DNA of 64,000 nt, from positions 32,001 through 96,000 of IMG/VR virus record IMGVR_UViG_3300045988_148533. The stretch is one strand, 5' to 3'. Made by a program: the position numbers and the translations under genes. Within the stretch, counting starts at the first letter, position 1; every line of letters begins with the position of its first letter. Below are positions 1-7,218 of this stretch, piece by piece. The DNA comes from a virus. Below the pieces are notes generated by a model, which was given only the letters and a program-made list of their open reading frames with translations, did not search any database and was not told where the DNA came from.

Positions 1-727
1 TCACCTTGGAAGACATCGGACACTCCTCCAGACGTACCTTGGTGTATTTCTCACCGGAACGCTTCATTTCCTCATCGGCTTCCTTGGAAGCCTTTGCGGC
101 CTCTTCCTTCTTCTCGCGTTCCCTTTCGGCACGCATTCTTTCGGCCATCTCGTTCTTAATAGAATTCAGCAGTGCCACTTCGCGACAGCCCTGCTGTAAT
201 TCCTCAATGGAATCACTGTCCTTGGCAATTCTAATATTCTCCCTGGGGATTTCCATTAGCTCTAACAATACCTTGTCAGGCGTCTTCCTCAAGGCACCCA
301 GAACAACAGCACCCTTCTCATTGTAGAGATTCAGAATCTGAGTGGCCGTACCCCTGCCAGCCAGCACGTCCTCATCAGAAGACTGCTTCTGCCTTTCCCT
401 TATTTTCCTATTTTCAGCATAAATGCTTTCCACAAAGGCACGAGCCTTATCCCAGTCAACTCCGGCTTCTCTTACAGCACTTTCGGTAAAGGCACTGACG
501 TCAGGCTTTTCACCCTTACTTCTCTTTACAAGATGCTTCAGTTCAGGAAAGCGTGCTATTACCGCCTCCACAGGGTCAATTAGCCCATCATCCTTAACGA
601 ACTTGCTGGAGTCAAAGGGCTGTTTCTGTTGACTTTCTTTATCCACACTGGGTCGGCCATATTCCTGACCGACCCTGTGTAGCCGCCTGTTTTCTGAATT
701 ATCCTTATACCTACCGTGTGATGCCAT
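1..727 (-). CDS. hypothetical protein, C-terminus outside window; N-terminus carries the ENRRLHRVGQ motif
   Basis: Own minus-strand translation: ATG at 727-725, then MASHGRYKDNSENRRLHRVGQEYGRPSVDKE..., open to position 1. Absent from the ORF track because it runs off the edge. The upstream gene stops at 729. Confidence 0.6.
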   Translation of the reverse strand, partial: MASHGRYKDNSENRRLHRVGQEYGRPSVDKESQQKQPFDSSKFVKDDGLIDPVEAVIARFPELKHLVKRSKGEKPDVSAFTESAVREAGVDWDKARAFVESIYAENRKIRERQKQSSDEDVLAGRGTATQILNLYNEKGAVVLGALRKTPDKVLLELMEIPRENIRIAKDSDSIEELQQGCREVALLNSIKNEMAERMRAEREREKKEEAAKASKEADEEMKRSGEKYTKVRLEECPMSSKV

Positions 728-728
728 A

Positions 729-1613
729 TCAGCCGATAATTTTATTTATCCTTTCCTTAAATTCCTCTCTCTTTGCAGGGTCAACTTCCTTATACAGCTT
801 CGAAAGCAAGTCTATGGACTCATCAATTTTCCTAATTTCCTCATCACTTGCCACACCATCACTCTGCTTCCCAGGATAGGGAATGTCATCTTCAGGTTCA
901 ACACCCACTTCCTCAAGACAGCTGTCAATAATATCCTTAGGGAGCTTGAGAGCTATCTCAAATTTCTTCGCCATAGCCTCATCCTCATCCATCTCACTGA
1001 GCTTTTCCAGTGCCTCAGTGCCGAAGTTGTCCTCAATGGCTATATCCCATGCCCCCTCATCATCCACAGTACGCATGGAATCCCATATTTTCTGCTTCTC
1101 TTCAGAAGAAAAACTATTTTCACCCCTCTTTTTCTCACCACCTTCCTCATCCGTACCACCTTTCTTTCCACCGTATTCCTGTCCAACACGATGCTTTCTA
1201 CGATTTTCAGCATTGTCAACATAACGACCCTTGACAATGTCAATTAGGGACTTGGCAAGCTCATCAGAGGGTTCATAAGGCTTGCCGACACGATTCAGCT
1301 TCCTATTTTCAGGAGTGTCAGCATACGTGCCTTTCAAGGACTTCATGATGGAACCGTCCTCAGCTCTGTCAAAATTCACCTGTGACTTGCGGAAGTAGCG
1401 TACCACCTCACTGCCTGCCTCATCAATGCAGACGGCCTTCTGTAGAAAGGCTATATCGGTTGCAAACTCGTTCTTTTCTGCCTGACTGAGTTCGTTTTTT
1501 ATTGACTTCTGAAGACCCTCCCTGTAATAGGAAGCTATTTCCTCAGCAGTAAATACCTCATAGCCGTTATCAGCGGCTGTTTTTTCAAATGTTGATAGTA
1601 AAATCTTCTTCAT
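729..1613 (-). CDS. hypothetical acidic protein with two copies of the (Y)xDxxENR+xxRVGxxY motif
   Basis: 294-aa ORF. Motif copies are YADTPENRKLNRVGKPYEP (nt 1275-1325) and YVDNAENRRKHRVGQEYGG (nt 1173-1223). A promoter-like box lies upstream. Confidence 0.7.
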   Translation of the reverse strand: MKKILLSTFEKTAADNGYEVFTAEEIASYYREGLQKSIKNELSQAEKNEFATDIAFLQKAVCIDEAGSEVVRYFRKSQVNFDRAEDGSIMKSLKGTYADTPENRKLNRVGKPYEPSDELAKSLIDIVKGRYVDNAENRRKHRVGQEYGGKKGGTDEEGGEKKRGENSFSSEEKQKIWDSMRTVDDEGAWDIAIEDNFGTEALEKLSEMDEDEAMAKKFEIALKLPKDIIDSCLEEVGVEPEDDIPYPGKQSDGVASDEEIRKIDESIDLLSKLYKEVDPAKREEFKERINKIIG

Positions 1614-1632
1614 GATAAAATTGCATTTTGAG

Positions 1633-1665
1633 CAAAAGTAGTCCCTAAATAGGACTTATCCAAAT
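1633..1665 (-). promoter_or_regulatory. Bacteroidota-type promoter for 729..1613 (-7 TACTTTTG, -33 TTTGG)
   Basis: The reverse complement of 1633-1640 is TACTTTTG (TAnnTTTG). A TTTGG lies about 21 nt upstream (reverse complement of 1661-1665). The ATG is at 1613. Confidence 0.5.
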
Positions 1666-1971
1666 TTGGATTTAACATAGGGAGCCAAAGGCTGCACCGA
1701 AGTGCAGCCACGCTCCAAACACTAACTTTGATGATAGAATTTTGAAAGAACTTATATCTGAAAATCAATAACGACATATTAACGCACATTAGGAAGCCTC
1801 ATCACTCCTAACAGGTAAAGGTCTCGTCAGAGACATCTCTATGGGCGAAGTCCACCGCCTAAGTCGGTGGCGAAGCCCCCTCTGAACCCGAGCGTTAGCG
1901 AGGATGGGTAATCTGGTTTACAGCGAGTTATGTTGTAACTGATTGTTTTACAGGCAGTTTTGTTTTCGGGA

Positions 1972-2024
1972 CTCTATTTATACTTCTATTTAACCTCTAT
2001 TTATACTTCTATTTAACCTCTATT
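1972..2024. repeat. AT-rich 23-bp tandem repeat (2.3 copies), candidate DNA-unwinding element of the origin
   Basis: CTCTATTTATACTTCTATTTAAC occurs at 1972-1994 and 1995-2017, with a partial third copy at 2018-2024. Each unit contains two TCTATTTA sub-repeats. Confidence 0.75.
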
Positions 2025-2068
2025 ATGCGCGTGCGCGCGAGGCAAACTGCTGTAATACGACGCTGCTA

Positions 2069-2100
2069 AAATATTTGCCCCCTTAAGGGGGCAAATATTT
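2069..2100. repeat. perfect 32-bp palindrome AAATATTTGCCCCCTT/AAGGGGGCAAATATTT
   Basis: Read directly. The arms 2069-2084 and 2085-2100 are exact reverse complements. It could form a hairpin/cruciform or act as an operator or bidirectional terminator. Confidence 0.85.
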
Positions 2101-2148
2101 CCATATTGTGTAGTTATGCAAATTTTATTGCACGACAAAAAAACCATT

Positions 2149-2229
2149 ACCGAGGGTGAAAAACCACACTACCGAGGGTGAAAAACCACACTACCGAGGG
2201 TGAAAAACCACACTACCGAGGGTGAAAGG
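2149..2229 (+). repeat. iterons: four direct copies of ACCGAGGGTGAAA spaced by exactly 22 bp
   Basis: ACCGAGGGTGAAAAACCACACT occurs at 2149-2170, 2171-2192 and 2193-2214, with a truncated fourth copy at 2215-2229. They lie immediately upstream of the rep-like gene. Confidence 0.85.
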
Positions 2230-2242
2230 TTAAAAATTAACA

Positions 2243-2274
2243 TTTGTGTATTTAAATATTTTTATTTTACTTTG
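2243..2274 (+). promoter_or_regulatory. possible promoter of the rep-like gene (TTTG, 20 nt, TTACTTTG)
   Basis: TTTG sits at 2243-2246 and an imperfect -7 box TTACTTTG at 2267-2274. The ATG is at 2297 and the iterons abut the promoter, the layout typical of autoregulated rep genes. Confidence 0.4.
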
Positions 2275-2296
2275 CAAAAATTTAAATATTATCATC

Positions 2297-3046
2297 ATGA
2301 ATAATAAGGAAAAGAAGGTGGCTGTTGCCACTAAAGAATCAATTGGTGACATTGTTGATTACACTGTAAGGCAGAAGCGGTGCTGGGCCTTAATCGTAAG
2401 AGAGGTGAATAAATTTCTACCTAAGAATTTCTGGGAAATATGGCAGGAAGGGGACTTGGAAACAATTGAAAAGCTGCTACCGCTGAATAAATTTCATGAA
2501 TTTGAAATGGAAATAAAAGCCTCAGAAATATCCACAAGAAGTTCTATTGTTCCGACACTCGAAAAGCTACATAATACCGTTGTAAAGATTAGAGACAGAA
2601 AAGACTTGGAAGTCTTTAGCATTATTCATTCCTATGGCGTTGTAAACAACAGGTATTATATTCGCATAACTCCTCGTGTCATCATGTGGATTATAGGTGT
2701 AAGTAGGAGAAGACTTTTCACAGCCTTTCATTTGGAATCCTTTCTAAGGCTTTCCACAACATCCGCCATGAATCTATACCTGTATATAAGCGCAAACTAC
2801 AATAAAACTGAAGCTTCTCAGAAGGGAACATGGTCGGATACACTGGAAAATGTAAAAAAAGAAATGGGTATCACAAAAGATATAGATAATTACCGTTTTA
2901 TAAATGACTATCTCAAGCCTGCTGCTGCCGAATTAATCCTAAAGAATACCCACCTGAAAGTCAGGTATGAAGCACAAAAGGAAGAAGTTCCTGCCATGAA
3001 TAGACGTAAGGCATGGGACAGGATATTATTTATGATTGAAAAATAG
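2297..3046 (+). CDS. plasmid-type replication initiator (Rep_3/RepB-like winged-helix protein)
   Basis: The segment FTAFHLESFLRLSTTSAMNLYLYISANY...GTWSDTLENVKKEMGITKDIDNYRFINDYLKPAAAELI follows the Rep_3 pattern (F..f.l.....L.s.ya..LY..l......l.eLr..lg....Y..f.df...vl.pa..El). The gene sits directly after the iterons. I chose the ATG at 2297 (MNNKEKK), not the GTG at 2246. Confidence 0.6.
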   Translation: MNNKEKKVAVATKESIGDIVDYTVRQKRCWALIVREVNKFLPKNFWEIWQEGDLETIEKLLPLNKFHEFEMEIKASEISTRSSIVPTLEKLHNTVVKIRDRKDLEVFSIIHSYGVVNNRYYIRITPRVIMWIIGVSRRRLFTAFHLESFLRLSTTSAMNLYLYISANYNKTEASQKGTWSDTLENVKKEMGITKDIDNYRFINDYLKPAAAELILKNTHLKVRYEAQKEEVPAMNRRKAWDRILFMIEK

Positions 3047-3083
3047 GTTCACCGAATGCGTTAATTAACAAAAGAAAAATTAC

Positions 3084-3614
3084 ATGGGACTATACCGAAC
3101 ACAGTCATCAGCGGTTGAGAGCTCGTCACAGGAGCTGTGGGCACTTCGTCAGCGAGTGTCCATGCTCGAGAAGGAACTGCGTGACCGTGACGCTGAGCTG
3201 AATGCGCGCTGTGAGCATGAAAGAGAGCTCATGAACAGGATACACTCTCTGGAGGATGAGCTTGCTGAGCTCCAGCCTAAGAATAAGGTGGGAACACCTA
3301 AGAAATACGTTCAGGAGGCCGTGTCCACGGCTGACCTCCTGTATCCTAAGCTGGACTTCGGCTCTGGAGACCCTGTGGTGGACGCTGACTGGGAGGACTT
3401 CATGACGGTGCAGATTAGGGACTATGTCGAGCCGAACACCATTCTGAACATCATACTGTACCGAGACGTCACCGACAGAGTGTGGCGTGACCTCGGAGAC
3501 AGCTTCAACATCTGCATCCCATACCCTCTAACCAGAAGCAGACTGAAAAACATCGGTATAATAAGTTACAGTCCTACCACTGAGCAGGACTTAAATAATT
3601 TCGAGGATAACTAA
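3084..3614 (+). CDS. hypothetical protein with N-terminal coiled-coil
   Basis: 176-aa ORF with heptad-like LRQRVSMLEKELRDRDAELNARCEHERELMNRIHSLEDELAELQ. Confidence 0.55.
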   Translation: MGLYRTQSSAVESSSQELWALRQRVSMLEKELRDRDAELNARCEHERELMNRIHSLEDELAELQPKNKVGTPKKYVQEAVSTADLLYPKLDFGSGDPVVDADWEDFMTVQIRDYVEPNTILNIILYRDVTDRVWRDLGDSFNICIPYPLTRSRLKNIGIISYSPTTEQDLNNFEDN

Positions 3615-3631
3615 TAAAAACAGTAAGATTC

Positions 3632-3895
3632 ATGAAAATGTCAATCAAATGGCTTGTGTACTGCCTCATCGGGCTGTGCATAGCAGCGTTCTTCGGTATT
3701 GCACTGAGAATGCAGTTCACCGTCATGGCTCCAATCGCTATTGCAGCCATCATTGTTCTTGGAATAGAACACATGAGAAACGTCACTCCTAAGCCGACTT
3801 TCAAGTCAGCGTTCCTCAATGGAGCACTGCCTGTGCTGTTGGGCGGTCTGTACATTCAGCTGTGTCTAATTCTTGAGATATGGTGGAACGTGTGA
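3632..3895 (+). CDS. small membrane protein (about 3 TM segments; holin-like topology)
   Basis: 87 aa with hydrophobic stretches WLVYCLIGLCIAAFFGIAL, VMAPIAIAAIIVLGI and ALPVLLGGLYIQLCLIL. Confidence 0.5.
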   Translation: MKMSIKWLVYCLIGLCIAAFFGIALRMQFTVMAPIAIAAIIVLGIEHMRNVTPKPTFKSAFLNGALPVLLGGLYIQLCLILEIWWNV

Positions 3896-4206
3896 GACTT
3901 CTGCTGTGCGTCATAATAGCGTCAATAACGCTGTATGTCGCTGGATGTGGTACAGTGCCTCGGGTGCTGTACCACAGTTCCACCACGACGACCCCTGTGA
4001 CCGTTATTGACAGCCTGAACAGCATACACGGCACTCACTTCAACGAGTGGTGGAGGGGCTGGGACAGTCAGAGCTTCATAGCGAATGACTCCACCCTTGT
4101 CACTTCCTATGTGGCCACTGAACGTCATGCCGATACGCTGTACGTCATTACTGTCGTGCATACCTTCAATGATACACTTGTAACAGTTCGCTTTAGAAGA
4201 GAATAA
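3880..4206 (+). CDS. putative lipoprotein
   Basis: N-terminus MVERVRLLLCVIIASITLYVAGC has an h-region plus a lipobox-like VAGC. It overlaps the upstream ORF by 16 nt. Confidence 0.55.
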   Translation: MVERVRLLLCVIIASITLYVAGCGTVPRVLYHSSTTTTPVTVIDSLNSIHGTHFNEWWRGWDSQSFIANDSTLVTSYVATERHADTLYVITVVHTFNDTLVTVRFRRE

Positions 4207-4211
4207 CAGCC

Positions 4212-4805
4212 ATGCTTTCAACCGGATATATAAATACACCCAAGGAAATATATGAACGTCAGTCCATCCTCGAACCTACGGACAGTGCGCTGCCTGAAAG
4301 GTATCTACTCAAGAATCTGCTGCCTGTACAGAATCAGGGAAATCTGCCTGCCTGTGTGGGATATGTCATCAACGAAATGTATCAATACAGGCTTCAACTG
4401 GACGGTCTAAGTGATGCAGCACGTATAACACCGGAATACATCTATCGCAGCCGTTCCAATAGAGAGGTGGACGGTATGAATCCAGTGGATGGATTTACAA
4501 TTCTAAGGGAATCCATTTCAGATTCATTCAAACTGCATTGGGCACGACTGTCCACGGCTGCAATAAAAGAAGCCGTGATGGGGTTAGGCCCTGTGATGCT
4601 GTGCATGGCCTGTCACAGTTACAGTAAAGAATTCTGGAAAGGGGGTGGTCTTCTCGGAGGTCATGCCGTGTCCATTGTCGGGTGGAATGGCGGTAGATTC
4701 ATCCTTAAGAACTCATGGGGCACGGAATGGGCCGACGGTGGGTACACCGAGATTCTTCTTCCTGAGATTAACTCCTATGGACAGGAAATGTGGGTTCTCA
4801 TATAA
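4212..4805 (+). CDS. papain-like (C1 family) cysteine peptidase
   Basis: QGNLPACVGYV supplies the Gln and nucleophile Cys. GGHAVSIVGWNG...ILKNSWGTEWADGGY supplies His, Asn and the NSWG signature of papain-fold peptidases. Confidence 0.75.
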   Translation: MLSTGYINTPKEIYERQSILEPTDSALPERYLLKNLLPVQNQGNLPACVGYVINEMYQYRLQLDGLSDAARITPEYIYRSRSNREVDGMNPVDGFTILRESISDSFKLHWARLSTAAIKEAVMGLGPVMLCMACHSYSKEFWKGGGLLGGHAVSIVGWNGGRFILKNSWGTEWADGGYTEILLPEINSYGQEMWVLI

Positions 4806-4812
4806 AAATTCA

Positions 4813-4835
4813 GGAGGGGTGAAGCACACCCCTCC
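4813..4835. terminator. bidirectional hairpin terminator between convergent genes
   Basis: GGAGGGGTG-aagca-CACCCCTCC gives a 9-bp GC-rich stem, flanked by A/T runs on both sides. Confidence 0.65.
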
Positions 4836-4861
4836 ATTCCTATAAAATCATGTCGTGTGCA

Positions 4862-5755
4862 TCAGTAGCAGTTCACAGTCTGACTGCCGTTCTGCAGGGT
4901 GAACGGCCCATATACCCTTCCACCTGCTCCAGGTGCTGTCCACGACTCTGATGACTGAGTAAATCTTATGTAGAAAGTGCCACCCACCATGATGTTGTCC
5001 TGTGTGACCATACTCTGTGACTGACTGAAGTCATAGCCCGACAGAGTGCCTGCCCACTGTTTGATAAAGTTGTTACCCGACTTAGTCATGCCTGTAAATA
5101 GACTCTGGGCTGCTCCCGGAACGCTGTTGTCCGTGCCTATGTATGCTGCATACCATACAGCACCGCCTGTATTGGCTGTAAGGGTATAGCCTGGAGTCAC
5201 TGAGTTGGCCTTCTGGCCGAAGGTGAACCCAACCGTGGAGCCTGTCACCTTATTTGTAAAATAGTATTTGCAGGTTCTTGCAACTGTTCTACCGTTACGT
5301 GTCCATGAAATGCCTGTACTAAACTGTTTCAGAGCAGCAGTATATGTCATATTAGCGGAATCTGTCTCGTCAAATGTCACGAACGGCAGAACAGTTGCAC
5401 CTCCACTGCCTGAATTTGAGCTGATGGTAAAGTGTGCTGCGACATCCTGTGCATTGCCTCCATTTATGTACTTCTTCATGGTTGAAGCAATACATACCAT
5501 AACACTTCCGCCTGCCGCATCCAGTTCACTCATGTCCGGTCCAGGAACCACTGCTGAAAAAATGTTTACGGAGTAGTGACCGTATGTCACTGTGCCTGCG
5601 GCTTGACTTATTGATACGGTTCGGGTCAGACCGCCACCGCTGACGGTGATGGAGGTACTGCGAGAATTCTCAGTGTTATTCTGTGAAGCGGAACAGGTAA
5701 CAGTACCGTTACCGGAACCGCTGTCTGGGGTCGCTGTTATGAAACTTTTCTGCAT
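4862..5755 (-). CDS. BACON/Ig-like N-terminal domain protein, currently expressed variant (V1) of the invertible cassette locus; likely virion surface or receptor-binding protein
   Basis: The N-terminus TPDSGSGNGTVTCSASQNNTENSRSTSITVSGGGLTRTVSISQAAG resembles a BACON domain. The junction QAAGTVTYG is encoded by the 18-nt repeat. The C-terminal end YIRF...RVYGPFTLQNGSQT is shared with cassettes V2 and V3. Confidence 0.75.
   Translation of the reverse strand: MQKSFITATPDSGSGNGTVTCSASQNNTENSRSTSITVSGGGLTRTVSISQAAGTVTYGHYSVNIFSAVVPGPDMSELDAAGGSVMVCIASTMKKYINGGNAQDVAAHFTISSNSGSGGATVLPFVTFDETDSANMTYTAALKQFSTGISWTRNGRTVARTCKYYFTNKVTGSTVGFTFGQKANSVTPGYTLTANTGGAVWYAAYIGTDNSVPGAAQSLFTGMTKSGNNFIKQWAGTLSGYDFSQSQSMVTQDNIMVGGTFYIRFTQSSESWTAPGAGGRVYGPFTLQNGSQTVNCY
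5580..5604 (-). repeat. candidate recombination site A (inside V1 gene, minus orientation)
   Basis: The reverse complement is AAGCCGCAGGCACAGTGACATACGG. The 18-nt core AGCCGCAGGCACAGTGAC (5586-5603) is identical to 5972-5989 and 7195-7212. Confidence 0.8.
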
Positions 5756-5787
5756 AATCGTACGATTTTAGAATTTTATTAATAACG

Positions 5788-5795
5788 CAAAGTTA
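5788..5795 (-). promoter_or_regulatory. -7 box-like TAACTTTG upstream of the BACON-domain gene, inside the putative invertible segment
   Basis: The reverse complement of 5788-5795 is TAACTTTG, 32 nt before the ATG at 5755. No well-spaced -33 element was seen. Confidence 0.35.
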
Positions 5796-5970
5796 GAGGT
5801 TTGCATCGCAAAATAAAACTTACGGTTCAATTCACAGACGAAATGAGTCAAAATACGTCATTATACGGATTTAATTTTCATTTCCATATACATATATCAT
5901 TTATGGTGCGTAAATCCACGTATGAGCTGATTATGCACGACAGAATCCACCTATTGACATCCTTCTCCAG

Positions 5971-5995
5971 AAGCCGCAGGCACAGTGACGTATGG
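5971..5995 (+). repeat. candidate recombination site B (plus orientation, inverted relative to A)
   Basis: AAGCCGCAGGCACAGTGACGTATGG matches site A at 23 of 25 positions. Confidence 0.8.
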
Positions 5996-6674
5996 AGACT
6001 ATCAGTGTACCAACGGCAGCAGCAGTTCATGGGTGATTGACTCAGAAGGTGAAACTATCCGAGTTATTGCCAACAGCAGTAGGATAAAATACATCAACGG
6101 CAGCAGTGTCGGCCGAGAGGCGGTAAGGCCCTCGGCCAGCTTCACCTCTGGCAGTAGCATAGGAACGATTACAGTCGGTGGGCCTACGAGTGGAACCTAT
6201 GCCTACACGATTACTGTCGTGTTTGGATTCAACCCCAGTACTTCCAATCGCAACTGGGGGATAACCGTAAGCAATAGTGGAGCATCCTTCACTTTTAGCG
6301 GTTATCAGTCTCCTAAGGCAAAGTCTGGAACCATCACTTTGAACGCAGGCAGTCAGTCGTGGGTATTTGTGGGCCTGTTTGCCACGAACACAGTTGTGTC
6401 AGCCCTGCCGAGTACCTTTAACAGCCTCACACGTGATTCCGGCAGCAATACATATACCGTCAACTGGACTACAAGTATACAGGTGAATACTTATGTAGGA
6501 ACAACCGCCCATGTCACGGTAGGAAATAACTACTATGTTCGCGTCAGTCAGACTGTGAATGCATGGAATCCCACAAACAGAGTATATGGGCCTTTCGTCC
6601 TAACGGAGGGCTCTAAGACTGAAAATATATCAGGAATACCCATAGGAGGTGGAGGGATTACTCCAGTAGGTTAG
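5985..6674 (+). CDS. silent alternative C-terminal cassette V2 (no ATG, no promoter of its own)
   Basis: The frame opens only 9 codons upstream (TGA at 5955-5957) and reads EAAGTVTYGDY... through the repeat. The only start is the GTG inside the repeat. The C-terminus YYVRVSQTVNAWNPTNRVYGPFVLTEGSKT is paralogous to V1. Confidence 0.6.
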   Translation: MTYGDYQCTNGSSSSWVIDSEGETIRVIANSSRIKYINGSSVGREAVRPSASFTSGSSIGTITVGGPTSGTYAYTITVVFGFNPSTSNRNWGITVSNSGASFTFSGYQSPKAKSGTITLNAGSQSWVFVGLFATNTVVSALPSTFNSLTRDSGSNTYTVNWTTSIQVNTYVGTTAHVTVGNNYYVRVSQTVNAWNPTNRVYGPFVLTEGSKTENISGIPIGGGGITPVG

Positions 6675-7150
6675 ACTATCCTAATGTCAAACTCTCTGCT
6701 CGTCACCCTGCAGAAGTCTCCCGAGGGGGTGAGGCACCACACCTCGGTACGGTCGTCAAAATAGGAGGCGGTGAGCAGTGGCAGCATAATGGAATTGTCC
6801 ACATTCAGAAGCCCCACCTGAGACCCCTCTGGAGACATTACGACAGGAATTACACTTACATCCGCATAGCCTCCACAGCCGAAAGTGCCTTGCAGGGTAT
6901 GTCTCTTTACTGAGATAACAACCCTTTCCAGCTCCGTGGCCCTCTTGCGCTTTTCCCTGAGATAGACGGTAAGCAGCTCATTCTCAGTTATCCTTGTCTG
7001 TGTGCCGAACTTACGTGTATGGATGTTACGCAGGAGCTGTCTCTCATAGGAGTTCAGCTCCTGAAAGTCCTTCTCAAGGACTCTTATAATACTATCGTCC
7101 GTAAGGGCAGATGGATTAGCCCAACCCTGTTTCTTCTTAGTCTTCTTCAT
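6671..7150 (-). CDS. hypothetical protein located between cassettes V2 and V3
   Basis: 159-aa ORF starting MKKTKKKQGW. No recognisable motif and no recombinase signature. Confidence 0.5.
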   Translation of the reverse strand: MKKTKKKQGWANPSALTDDSIIRVLEKDFQELNSYERQLLRNIHTRKFGTQTRITENELLTVYLREKRKRATELERVVISVKRHTLQGTFGCGGYADVSVIPVVMSPEGSQVGLLNVDNSIMLPLLTASYFDDRTEVWCLTPSGDFCRVTSREFDIRIV

Positions 7151-7193
7151 AGTGTAAAAATAACGAATTCCATCCTATGCCATCCTCATTCTT

Positions 7194-7218
7194 GAGCCGC
7201 AGGCACAGTGACGTATGA
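7194..7218 (+). repeat. candidate recombination site C (plus orientation)
   Basis: GAGCCGCAGGCACAGTGACGTATGA carries the identical 18-nt core at 7195-7212. An in-frame TGA sits at 7193-7195, immediately upstream. Confidence 0.8.

Noticed and set aside
2149-2229. The 22-bp direct repeats as a possible mini-CRISPR array
   Set aside because: The repeats are contiguous with no unique spacers, there are only about four units, and no cas genes are present. The position directly upstream of a Rep-like gene fits iterons.
5586-5603. CACAGTG inside the inversion repeat resembles the V(D)J RSS heptamer; a DGR was also considered as an alternative explanation for the variable cassettes
   Set aside because: The heptamer match is short and expected by chance, and no nonamer or transposase context exists. 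A DGR would need a reverse transcriptase and a template repeat with A-specific mismatches. Neither is present. The cassettes also differ throughout, not only at adenines.
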